DNA of 62,861 bases, filler included, from Collodictyon triciliatum (Eukaryota): the NCBI GenBank assembly GCA_043381765.1. It is 6 parts of 6 records of this genome, joined end to end, with 100 filler letters (N's around TTAATTAATTAA, not from the genome) between each part and the next. Parts side by side here need not be neighbours in the genome. Positions count along the whole stretch, not along the records: positions 1 to 15,451 come from JBHJMP010002119.1; positions 15,552 to 28,223 come from JBHJMP010002124.1; positions 28,324 to 41,003 come from JBHJMP010002127.1; positions 41,104 to 53,771 come from JBHJMP010002128.1; 2 more parts are not named here. One strand, written 5' to 3'. Made by a program: the position numbers and the translations under genes. Numbering within the stretch: the stretch's first letter is position 1; the number at the start of each line of letters is the position of its first letter. The notes beneath the pieces are model-generated. The model was not told where the DNA came from, made no database searches, and saw only the letters and a list, made by a program, of their open reading frames with translations. Below, in pieces: positions 14,700-41,300 of this stretch.

Positions 14700-15021
14700 G
14701 AAAGACACACTTTTGCAACGACTGTCACGAGAAGCAACAACGAGGTGATTACTTGACAAAGAAGCCAAAAAGTGCCTTGCAAAAGTGTCTGGTAAGTTTT
14801 GCAAAAGAAACACAATATCGGCCGAAGTTCATACTGGGAAATCCATATCCATAAGAAAAGACGCGAATCTCTGAGCTTTGTAAACACAATCATCATCACT
14901 ATCATCACCATCATTATATGCGCAGGGACCGAGCAAGTGCAAACTGAAAATCCGCCATCCACCCAACGGAGAAGAGTTTGCGCTTGGCTGTGCCATTTGT
15001 CGTATCAAACAGTCCTTCTAG
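14700..15021 (+). CDS. Last two exons of a MYCBP2/Highwire/RPM-1-like RING-Cys-relay E3 ligase
   Basis: Exon 14700-14791 GKTHFCNDCHEKQQRGDYLTKKPKSALQKCL and exon 14926-15021 GPSKCKLKIRHPPNGEEFALGCAICRIKQSF* match the MYCBP2 C-terminus (GTTHFCNACH..HPPTGEEFALGCGVCR). This frame is absent from the ORF track. Confidence 0.9.
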
Positions 15022-15148
15022 CAACCAAGCAAAGAAGCGACATCCTCTCCATTCTTTATATCATTTTACATCCTTCTGCTCCGTTCACACGTTCCTCTGC
15101 ACTGTTCTAGCACACTCCAAAATCACTTTCTGACTTGCGTCTTCTCAA

Positions 15149-15355
15149 TCACGTCTTCTGTCTCACATGCCTACTTGTTTGGAGTCTCTGTGGCATCGAG
15201 TGTGTATGTCTTCTTGGTTTCTCCTGCTCCGATGCGACTGGAATCCTTCTCGTGCCTTGCGCGATGTAATATAGCACCGTTTGTGAAAATAAGAGATTGA
15301 TACTTCTGCTGATGTAAATCCAAATTAGAATGAGTAAATCGTGTTGCCACACGTC
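15149..15355 (-). CDS. Probable terminal exon of an unidentified gene (contig edge)
   Basis: Pyrimidine tract plus TAG acceptor near 15356, two open frames, convergent with the MYCBP2-like gene; no recognisable motif. Confidence 0.3.
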   Translation of the reverse strand, partial: DVWQHDLLILIWIYISRSINLLFSQTVLYYIAQGTRRIPVASEQEKPRRHTHSMPQRLQTSRHVRQKT

Positions 15356-15495
15356 CTACAAGAAAAAAAGAAGAAAAAGAAGAAAAAGAAGAAAAAGAAG
15401 AAAAAGAAGAAAAAGAAGAAAAAGAAGAAAAAGAAGAAAAAGAAGAAAATGNNNNNNNNNNNNNNNNNNNNNNNNNNNNNNNNNNNNNNNNNNNN

Positions 15496-15507
15496 TTAAT
15501 TAATTAA
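15496..15507. other. Artificial contig-joining spacer (TTAATTAATTAA between 44-N blocks); also at 28268, 41048, 53816 and 59087
   Basis: Identical 12-mer giving stops in all six frames, centred in a 100-nt N spacer, five times. Confidence 0.97.
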
Positions 15508-15551
15508 NNNNNNNNNNNNNNNNNNNNNNNNNNNNNNNNNNNNNNNNNNNN

Positions 15552-15830
15552 ACACCATACAATATATAATCACACCATACAATATATAATCACACCATAC
15601 AATATATAATCACACCATACAATATATAATCACACCATACAATATATAATCACACCATACAATATATAATCACACCATACAATATATAATCACACCATAC
15701 AATATATAATCACACCATACAATATATAATCACACCATACAATATATAATCACACCATACAATATATAATCATACCATACAATATATAATCATAACAAAT
15801 AATATATAATCATAACATACCATATATAAT
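15552..15830. repeat. 20-bp minisatellite (CACACCATACAATATATAAT) x ~12 plus degenerate copies
   Basis: Direct observation; decays toward 15830. Confidence 0.95.
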
Positions 15831-16117
15831 CATAACAATAAATGATATCAGCATAAAAGTTAGTAATATCAATATCACAATTAATGTATGCTTTCCATAT
15901 GAAAATTAATTTATGTTTTTACTGGATTATTTAATGTTTTGTGTACTCTCAATCAAATGTTTTTTTATTGTGCGTCCTTCCGTCTGTTTTCTTATTCATT
16001 TGGCTCTATTCTGCGATATCTAACGAATTGACCGTTCTCTGGAGCGCCTGATGTAAGAAAGGATTACACATGGATGGTCCTCTTTAATAAATTAGACGCT
16101 GCAGATCCTTATTATTT

Positions 16118-28015
<11,898 letters not shown>

Positions 28016-28748
28016 CTGGTAACAATTAGAAATATGGTTTATCAACTTACTATTTGCTTCCCTTTGCATCGTTTCATGATACTAATATCTCGGTTCTTCC
28101 TCTTTTTTTCTTTTTTCTTTTTTCTTTTTCTTTTTCTTTTTTTCTTTTTTCTTTTTTCTTTTTTCTTTTTTCTTTTTTCTTTTTTCTTTTTTCTTTTTTC
28201 TTTTTTCTTTTTTCTTTTTTCTTNNNNNNNNNNNNNNNNNNNNNNNNNNNNNNNNNNNNNNNNNNNNTTAATTAATTAANNNNNNNNNNNNNNNNNNNNN
28301 NNNNNNNNNNNNNNNNNNNNNNNAAACAACAAACAACAAACAACAAACAACAAACAACAAACAACAAACAACAAACAACAAACAACAAACAACAAACAAC
28401 AAACAACAAACAACAACAACAACAACAACACCACCAACACCAACACCAAACACCAACAACAATGATGGTGATGGTAATGGTGACAGTGAATCAATAGCGC
28501 ACTATACCTGAAACATCCATAGTATATATTGTATGCTAAACATGAATGATTAGTGCTATGATTTACAGTCGCTAAAATTGAAATTACACATGATATATTT
28601 TTCATTAAAGAGGTTTAGTAAAAAAAAAAAAAAATTAATCAAACCCCAGTCTGTTATCAGATGCTGATTATTGTGCTTCCTTTTCAAGTGGTTGTAAAAA
28701 AACTCCGAAAGAGGTATTCTGAGTATTAAATAGCATTTTAAAACGAAT

Positions 28749-28813
28749 AATATGCACAAGAAATTCCCTTCCTTCCCTCAATCGAATAAATGAAAAAAAT
28801 ATGCACAAGAAAT
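28749..28813 (+). mobile_element. Micro-retroinsertion family B: 33-bp insert with perfect 16-bp TSD
   Basis: AATATGCACAAGAAAT at 28749-28764 and 28798-28813 flanks TCCCTTCCTTCCCTCAATCGAATAAATGAAAAA. Confidence 0.8.
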
Positions 28814-29008
28814 CAAGGTCTTATATATGTATATCAAATCCTAATATTTTTTATTTTTAAAAAAGGATAGGTAGTCTGAGGGAATATTCTTATTGACATG
28901 AATTCAATTATTTCAAATCGAAAATAATTCAGTAGTGTCAATTGAAATAGACTCACACAACATTTGATCTTCTTTCAATTTGGTCTTTTTGAATCAAAAT
29001 TTCCTTAA

Positions 29009-32943
<3,935 letters not shown>

Positions 32944-33251
32944 CGAATCACTGAGATAGACAAGAAAATAAGGAAAAGGAAAAGGAAAAAGAAAAAAGAA
33001 AAAAGAAAAAGAAAAAAGGAAAAAGGAAAAAGGAAAAAGGAAAAAGGAAAAAGGAAAAGAAAAAGAAAAAAGAAAAAAGGAAGAGGGAAAAGGAAAAGGA
33101 AAAAGGAAAAGAAAAAAGAAAAAAGAAAAAAGAAAAAGGAAGAGGGAAAACGGGGGGAGGTATGCCGTTAAATGAAACCCTGAGCTAAGAAAACACTGTG
33201 AACGAAAGGAATATTCTTAGGTCACCATCCTTCTTGCACTCAACCCCAGTC

Positions 33252-33988
33252 ATGTTTTCTGCTCTCTTGCTCCTTGTTTCTCATATCTTCTTTACCCAGT
33301 CGAAGATGGAGGGAAGCTACACGAGGAAAATAGTCCTACTCAGAAGTGATGCTCCACACACCCGGACACTACACACGTGGTTGGCGATGGCATACTGATA
33401 ATTGATATAATACCGTACTAAAAGTATGGATACATTTTGCAATACCCACACCCTTTTGGTAGGTTTGTTTATCGGGTATGAGCTCTACGGCACCATGACC
33501 ATGATAGCAGAAGGAGACCAGCCGACTGGCATGTTTGCCCACCATGTCAAATGCATCCTCGGTTATCTTGTCTGCATGGTGCGCCTCAACCATAACCATC
33601 ACAATAATCACGATAATCAAAATCGCATCGGCTCAGGCGCCGCGTTTCGTTCTGCCCTGTCAGCTTCCTAATCACAGAGCTCACTGTTGCGCCGACAAAC
33701 ATCAACTGGTGTCTCAAGGTTCTTCGGGCCCCGCCGTCTGTGCAGTTTCTCAACAACACAGCTCGCTTTCTGTCCTACCTGCTTTTCCGCACGCCCATCA
33801 TCGGATACGTGGCTTGGAAGACCCATCAGCGCAGCCAACTCGGCCCGGTCGTCTCCACAACGCCGCTGCCGCTGCTTCTGCTCCTCGCCATGAATCTCTC
33901 TGGTATGACTGTTCTCAACGCCGTTTGGTCCCTCGGCATGGCTCGCGTCTACAAGAGGCAGCTGCTGCGCTACTTGGGTTCCTCCTAG
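33252..33988 (+). CDS. TLC (TRAM/LAG1/CLN8)-domain membrane protein; exon structure irregular, possibly a pseudogene
   Basis: GLFIGYELYG..MFAHHVKCILGY, FLITELTVAPTNINWCL, FLSYLLFR and LNAVW are TLC-type motifs; the two halves are in different frames. Confidence 0.6.
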
Positions 33989-34259
33989 AGCAAGCGAAGG
34001 CCTAGCACGTCTCATACTGCCTCAAACAAAATAAAATACATATGGAAGAATGATAGATAGAGATGGAAATACAAATATGGCATGAAGACAAAACGCGTTG
34101 TTTGGTGAGGATGCATCTATGTACACATAAATAAATGTATTTGAATTCGCTGAATTTATGGATTTACGGCTTGATGCTCCGTGGCAGTTGATTTGCCTCC
34201 TTTTTTTTTTCCTCTTCGTTCTTTTTCCCGTGTTTTGTCGCATCGGTTGCTTTGCTGAC

Positions 34260-37200
34260 TCAGGGCTCTGAGTCTGTCTTCGGAGCCTCTGTCACGCTGA
34301 AGTCGCCCGAATGCTCTTCTTCCCAGAGGGTAGACACGTAGAAGCGCTCAATCAGACTCTTGTTGCGAAGCATGGCGTTCGGGTCTTCCTCTTCCTCATG
34401 ATTCAACGACATTTCCACCAGAACGTTGTGGTCGATGGGCTCTCCAAGCGAGGCCATATCGTCGATGTACTTTTTCTGCTCCTGAATCCACTTTGGATAC
34501 TTGGACTGTTTTATGAAGACAATCTGGCCAATGGAGTTGAGCGTCACGCCAAATCGCATGCCTCGGATGTCCTCGGGCAGATTCAGAATCATCTTGCGAA
34601 TCAAAACCCTATTGAGTGAGAATACAAGCGTGGGTGTACGTGATGCAGTCCCGCTGGCCGATGGGATAAACAAATGCATCCCAATCTCGATGGGCTCGTC
34701 GTCAGCTACATGCTGGATGGGTGCGCTGATTGAATATTGTTTTCTGGGGAATGACGAAAGTAGAGCAAAATTAGAGCTCAATCTTATATATTCTTTTGAT
34801 ACTACTTATTGGGTTTCTTGTGTTTTGTCAAAAGAAAAAAGGAAAGAAGAAAGGATATAAAAGGAAAAGGAAAAAGAAAAGAAAAGAAAAAGAAAAAAAA
34901 GAAGGAAAATTTCATGTATAAACATATGCTTACACTGAAGTAAAAGGTCATAGAGAAAAAGAAAAAGACATTACTCTCTGATTGCGCCCTGTACCACCAT
35001 TTTTGTTCGCCTCCTGTCGACTCGAATTCCTATGGTATCCGTGCCGCGACCTATGTCATCTTTCCTATCCAGTGAGTCCTTGGCCAGGCCAGCTGTGACG
35101 CAGCCACTCTTACCAAAGTTCAGTATGGTAAGGCTTATCGAGCAGGACGTCCAGCGATCATCTTGCTCCACTTTGGACAGCACAGACGCGGTTTTGCCAG
35201 TCTCCCCGGTATGGACGATAATCTTACTGGAATCGAATACGTGGACATATGGGGACTCAGGGGCTTCAAAGTTAACCAACGGCAAATCCGCCATGACGTT
35301 TTCTTCAGTCTCGTCATCAAACCCAATCATCTTCATTCGTGCGCATGGCCACGACCCCACAACGACAACCGCAGGACACAATTTTAGTGCCTCGATATTC
35401 GATATTCGTATCTCAATTGTCTTTCGGCTGGTTCTAAAGTACACCACATCATCGTGCAAGTCTGCTTCACAAATTACTGTCTCGCCGATATTGTCCCACG
35501 GCTCGGAGGCAACTGATGTGTATTCAATATTATTCAAAAACACCTTCCCAGTTGATGATTCGTAGGCAACAGAATTCTCTGTCAACCCTGGCAAGGGATG
35601 CCCCTTTGCAGCCATCGGAATGAGTCCGATAGAGGCAGATTTGTTGTAGATAGTCACTTGGAACTTGTTGTTTGGTCTTGTAAACGAAAAAGGATGGAAT
35701 ATTCTATATACAGCAAAGCCTTCTCCTTGTCCGGAGATGGTAACGTCCACATTGCCTTTAACCCCATCGCTATTGTCTTTCACAATTACGGGGATCTGTC
35801 CAAGGGGAGCTGAATCATCAATTTCATCATCATCTACAGTTCCCTTTGAAGATACCATGGATATGGCATCTTCGTCGGCATCTCCTAGGTTTTTGTCGAT
35901 GTCTTTTTTTTTAAAAAAAAATAATAAAAATAAAATAAATTAGTATTGTCTATCTCTTTCTTCCTTATGATAAACCATCTTCAGTATAAGCACATGAAAA
36001 AAATTGGAATAAAAATATTATCATATCCACACATCCCTTACCGTCCTGCTCCGCATCATCAAATGCAAGAAGCTAATTTGTAATTCAAATTGTAAGTGAC
36101 ATTCTTTGAATCGAATAAAGGAAAAAAAATTGTAAGTGACATTCAGTTAATCATATGAAATGCCAGTTTTATCATCCTTTCTTTTGGTGATTTTATATTT
36201 GATATAATTAGACATATCCATCATGCAAAAAAAGATTTCAAAGTAAAATTTACCTTTGATTCGTCATCTTTCTTTTTTGATTTTTCTTTTTCCATCCAAT
36301 CAGACAGCTTGTTCATACTCCATATGAACCCCCAAACAGGTAATGTAAAAAGCCAAAGAAAATGGATAAATATGTACGTAGTAAATATAACAACTACGTC
36401 CAGTTTGCGACACGACTTTATGTTCATATACTTGAGTGAATAATACAGCGGACTAAGAGCGATTATAAAGATGTTTGCATGAAGAGATGTCAATTTCCAA
36501 ACAATTCTGTCTATAGAAAGGCAATATCTTGGATAATCTTTAGTCAGCTCAAATGTCCAGTATCTTCTCCATTGTGGTATTGGTGTGAATGCTTGCATAT
36601 GAATTCGCAAGTTTTGGACACCAAACATCATAGGGTACAGCTTAATTCTTGGCTCCCACCAACTTTTTATCAAACGATACAACGGTGTTAAAATATTCAA
36701 GGGCACAGGAAACGGAGCTGTTTGCAGCTCAAGTACTGCTTCGGCAAAGAGCTGCTTGTATTGCCTTTCAGATATCATTTGGATTTGATTATACGTGGCG
36801 GATAGAATGGCAATCAATAAATTTAAAAGCATAAGAGAGCAGAGAACCAATATCAAAAAGAAATATAATGGGCCGAGAATGTGGTCAGAGTCTGTCAATT
36901 CTCCATAATTATAGTCACCAAACAAAGTCCGGATGATGGATGCCACCGAAGTAGTGAGGTCATAATGCGATTGAAGCCCAGCAAATATGACATAAGAAGC
37001 CGAAGAAAGGGCCATAAGAAAGATAACTAGCATGAATAAGAACAATAGAATGTCTTTCATCATGGCAAATACGATTAATTGCATAGGCCCGATAGATGGG
37101 TGGATACTTTGAATGTACAGTAAGCGAAACCAAGCAATCAAACAAAGTATGGATGTCAATCTAGTTTGCATGATGTAAATGTACATAGTCCCTTCAAAGT

Positions 37201-39330
37201 TGGTAAAAATTTCTCCTGATGGCCTTCCTGATGTATACATATTTTCGGTGTACATTAGGATATCGGTTACACCTACGCAAATAAGATTCAATAGAAACAA
37301 GAGATCGAACACACACCACATTGATGTAAAATATTTTACACCTAAAGTGCTAATTCGTCCGTATTCATACACTATAAGGCCAACAATATAGATCAGTATG
37401 GTGAACTGAGTTAAAAAGTAGTCTGAAACGTCTGCTTGAATCCATCCAGCAGGAACAGCATCAACTTGAATGCTTGGTAGTATTCCACCGGATACAGGCA
37501 ACTCGAGTGTAATGGTAATCAGAGCCACCATCTCCAAATTTTTGTTAGCTATGAGGAAATCTATCATAACCACCCGAGTCTGCATATCAATCCAGTAATT
37601 GGACTTAAGTTCTTCCAATTTTGCGAAACTTTCTTCTTTGGTAATATGCAGTCTTTCTATGAATCCATCGTCATCATATCCAATCCCCAATGCACCATAT
37701 ATGGGATAAAGTCTACCTTTCCCAGAGGGTTTTGTATATTTGTATCGGTCATCGGGCCCATACGATTCACGGCTACTCTCTGTTTGTATTGGTCTGACAC
37801 AAAAAGCTGTTCCATTCACGATATCCTCTATTCTCATTGGAATAATTTGCAGACAACGCACTTTTGGAGACCGCAACTGCCGGATGGAAACTCTACCAAT
37901 GGGCCTATAATAGGATTCCGGTATGGTTTCTTGACCCTCAGCTGCGATGTCATCGTACGATTCTGGTCCATCATATAGTGTATCTAAAAAATCACCTTGC
38001 AAGTAATCCCATAAAGTATCCACAGAAAGTGTTTCGGGAGGCGAGAACGAATCGGCCAGGTAACTTGATAGAAAATACTTTGGCTCCCCCAAACCGGTAT
38101 TCTTATACGTAAGATATTGAGATAGAACTACCAAGAAGTACAAATAAAACAAAGTGAATATGATAAATTTTGCCTTGATTGAACCAGTAAAAGGAACGAA
38201 TATATCTGCGTATATCTTTGGGCAGAGATTTAGATATTTTTTGACTTTCTTCGAGAGGCTTTCTCCGCTCTTGTTGGAAGTGTTTGATGCACTGGAGAGT
38301 GCTGCAGCCATGTATTCGCCAAAGCGAACGCCGTTTGTCCATTTTTCTCGGACAAACCCTTGGACTATGGGATGTTCCATGAATATAAGGCAGTCTGCTT
38401 TGGATGCCATTCGGATGTATCCAATCAGCCTGTCCTCTCGCGCCTTGGTAATTGGGCTGTGAATTTCTTCTTTGAGATTTCTTCCTACAAAGATTTCGTA
38501 GAGATCAATAACTTTAGGGTTTACTCTGGGTAGCTTTTTTAGGAAACGAATGATGTCCAAGGCCCTCTTGATGGGGTCATCGGCCCTCTTCATCAGATTC
38601 TGAAATCGGCTGATGAAGCGAACAGGAAGCTCAGGGTTTCCAATAAGTGTCATACTTCCTTTAGGCAAAAGAAACAGCTCTGGAGGGACGGCTTTGAAAG
38701 AGAGAGGGAACGAAAAAAAAAGTATGGAAAATAAGTATAATCGTTAGCCGCAGTAGATTACATGAAATATGAATAAAATGGAATGAGGCACCTAAAATTT
38801 ATCAAGTTATTACATCGGGAATTTTATAACATCTAGTGAATAAAACGGATAGATTTACTTTCTGCTGGTTTCATTTTCTTTGTCAGAAGAACGTAGCCCT
38901 TTTCTAAGGCCGAGTCAACAACAGGCGAGCGCTCAACTTCACCGGTATCAAACTCATTGAGGGTGATGGCCTTCTTTTTGCTCAAGGTAAAGAGATTATT
39001 GGATAGGTCAACCCTGCGTGCATTCTGTAACTTACCAATGGTTGGGGGCAATGTTTCAAGTTTGTTGTTTGAAAGGTTGAGCGAGGTTAAATTGCTCAGA
39101 TTTCCAATATCAGGATGAACAGAGAAAACGTGATTGCCGCTCACTTCTAACTCTGTTAGCCGGCTGAGTGCCCCGATTTCGGCAGGTATCACGCGAATGT
39201 TGCCGCCTTCAATGACGAGCTTCTCCAAATTGACCAAGTGTGAAATCCAGGAAGGTATTTCGTGGTTTCGGTCTCGCCGTACGGTCAGACTTACAATAAC
39301 CTGCTTCAGTTGTGTCAACTGTGATATTAC
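34260..39330 (-). CDS. LRR + polycystin/TRP cation channel + C-terminal SPRY-like domains; 5' end in gap
   Basis: In-frame GT-AG joins of exons 39330-38859 (LRRs), 38691-36254 (channel), 36072-36042, 35902-34975 and 34744-34260. TOP-domain motifs GRVSIRQLR and LEELKSNYWIDMQTRVVMIDF; pore RTLFGDYNY; S6 LLNLLIAILSATY; SPRY-like SIGL..LPGLTENSVAYESSTGKVF..GETVIC. Confidence 0.9.
36087..36144 (+). mobile_element. Micro-retroinsertion family B: 22-bp insert with perfect 18-bp TSD (in channel intron)
   Basis: AAATTGTAAGTGACATTC at 36087-36104 and 36127-36144 flanks TTTGAATCGAATAAAGGAAAAA. Confidence 0.85.
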
Positions 39331-40210
39331 NNNNNNNNNNNNNNNNNNNNNNNNNNNNNNNNNNNNNNNNNNNNNNNNNNNNNNNNNNNNNNNNNNNNNN
39401 NNNNNNNNNNNNNNNNNNNNNNNNNNNNNNNNNNNNNNNNNNNNNNNNNNNNNNNNNNNNNNNNNNNNNNNNNNNNNNNNNNNNNNNNNNNNNNNNNNNN
39501 NNNNNNNNNNNNNNNNNNNNNNNNNNNNNNNNNNNNNNNNNNNNNNNNNNNNNNNNNNNNNNNNNNNNNNNNNNNNNNNNNNNNNNNNNNNNNNNNNNNN
39601 NNNNNNNNNNNNNNNNNNNNNNNNNNNNNNNNNNNNNNNNNNNNNNNNNNNNNNNNNNNNNNNNNNNNNNNNNNNNNNNNNNNNNNNNNNNNNNNNNNNN
39701 NNNNNNNNNNNNNNNNNNNNNNNNNNNNNNNNNNNNNNNNNNNNNNNNNNNNNNNNNNNNNNNNNNNNNNNNNNNNNNNNNNNNNNNNNNNNNNNNNNNN
39801 NNNNNNNNNNNNNNNNNNNNNNNNNNNNNNNNNNNNNNNNNNNNNNNNNNNNNNNNNNNNNNNNNNNNNNNNNNNNNNNNNNNNNNNNNNNNNNNNNNNN
39901 NNNNNNNNNNNNNNNNNNNNNNNNNNNNNNNNNNNNNNNNNNNNNNNNNNNNNNNNNNNNNNNNGTGATCCATCTGATGTGGCGCTGGGCGGATGGCGGC
40001 GCGAAGAAAAGTCGCAAAATGAACGAAAATGGACACATGAAGGATTAATTTTTTTATATTTCTTTTATGTATGGAGGCACTAAAATTTAAGTCATATATC
40101 CATTTCTGGTTGATTGTTGTGTCTGTTGTGGGTGCTTCCAAGGGCAGAGTCGTCTTGTGAGATACTAGAAAAAAGAGTGAAGGTTTACACGGGAAATAGG
40201 ATATATTTCT

Positions 40211-40287
40211 ACCAGGTATTGAATCAGTTTTTTTCCCTTTATTCGATTCAAGTGAAGGAAAGGTTTTTAGAACCAGGTGTTGAATGA
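40211..40287 (-). mobile_element. Micro-retroinsertion family B: 45-bp insert with diverged 16-bp TSD
   Basis: ACCAGGTATTGAATCA / ACCAGGTGTTGAATGA flank (minus strand) TCTAAAAACCTTTCCTTCACTTGAATCGAATAAAGGGAAAAAAAC. Confidence 0.75.
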
Positions 40288-40445
40288 TGGTAGTATAATG
40301 ATGAAGAATAAAAACAAAATTTTACTTGACCGAAGGTGGTTAGGTTCTGACTATGGTTTGCTGGCCTTCGTTTGCATTAGCACTATTTTAGGGCTGGACG
40401 TAGGAGTAGCCTTGCACCAGGAATTGCGCGTAAGGACCAAACAAC

Positions 40446-40495
40446 CAACAGCCCTACTTTGAATCGAATATAGGGGAAAAAAAAGCAACAGCCCT
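40446..40495 (+). mobile_element. Micro-retroinsertion family B: 30-bp insert with 10-bp (extendable) TSD
   Basis: CAACAGCCCT at 40446-40455 and 40486-40495 flanks ACTTTGAATCGAATATAGGGGAAAAAAAAG. Confidence 0.8.
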
Positions 40496-41300
40496 TCACT
40501 GGCTAAGCCTCGCCAAATGTTTAAAAAGTATTTACTCCACATTTATATGGTGAGTGAATCAAATAAGGAAAATCTACACGACAGGTATGGTGAGCCCAGA
40601 CGCTGGCCGCCAAATAGAGGCACATCACTATCTTAGCAGTTATAATTAAATATAACATATAAATATTAGCTTATATAATATGATCATAATTTATACAAAA
40701 TATAAATAATTTCAGATTTAAAATTATAGATATATTCCAGATATGAGTATTCCATTATGACTAACCATGCCTTTTGGACTATTGCACCGCGAACTAGTAC
40801 CATATCTGGAGACGACGGAATTCCCAATAATCCCACACATTTGGGATGGGCGTTTCCTCAACAGGAAGGCGGTAATCTGGCGTCATTTTTCGCATTCTGC
40901 GTCACTCATCTATGCTTCTGTCATTTAATTACGTCATCAATATTTCATTGAACGCATCCGCATTTGTAATTGGGAAGACCAAAATATATATAATCATGCA
41001 AAANNNNNNNNNNNNNNNNNNNNNNNNNNNNNNNNNNNNNNNNNNNNTTAATTAATTAANNNNNNNNNNNNNNNNNNNNNNNNNNNNNNNNNNNNNNNNN
41101 NNNAAGTAAAAAAAGTAAAAAAAGTAAAAAAAGTAAAAAAAGTAAAAAAAGTAAAAAAAGTAAAAAAAGTAAAAAAAGTAAAAAAAGTAAAAAAAGTAAA
41201 AAAAGTAAAAAAAGTAAAAAAAGTAAAAAAAGTGAAAAAAGTAAAAAAGTAAAAAGGAAGTTACTAATCCAATTGTAAAACGAGGCTATCAACCGATCGT

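Noticed and set aside
15552-15830. Regular 20-bp repeats as a CRISPR array or telomere
   Set aside because: No spacers, eukaryotic context, and not a G-rich telomeric unit.
36221-38668. Alternative genetic code
   Set aside because: Long exons read without stops, and TAA, TAG and TGA all terminate genes at the expected positions.
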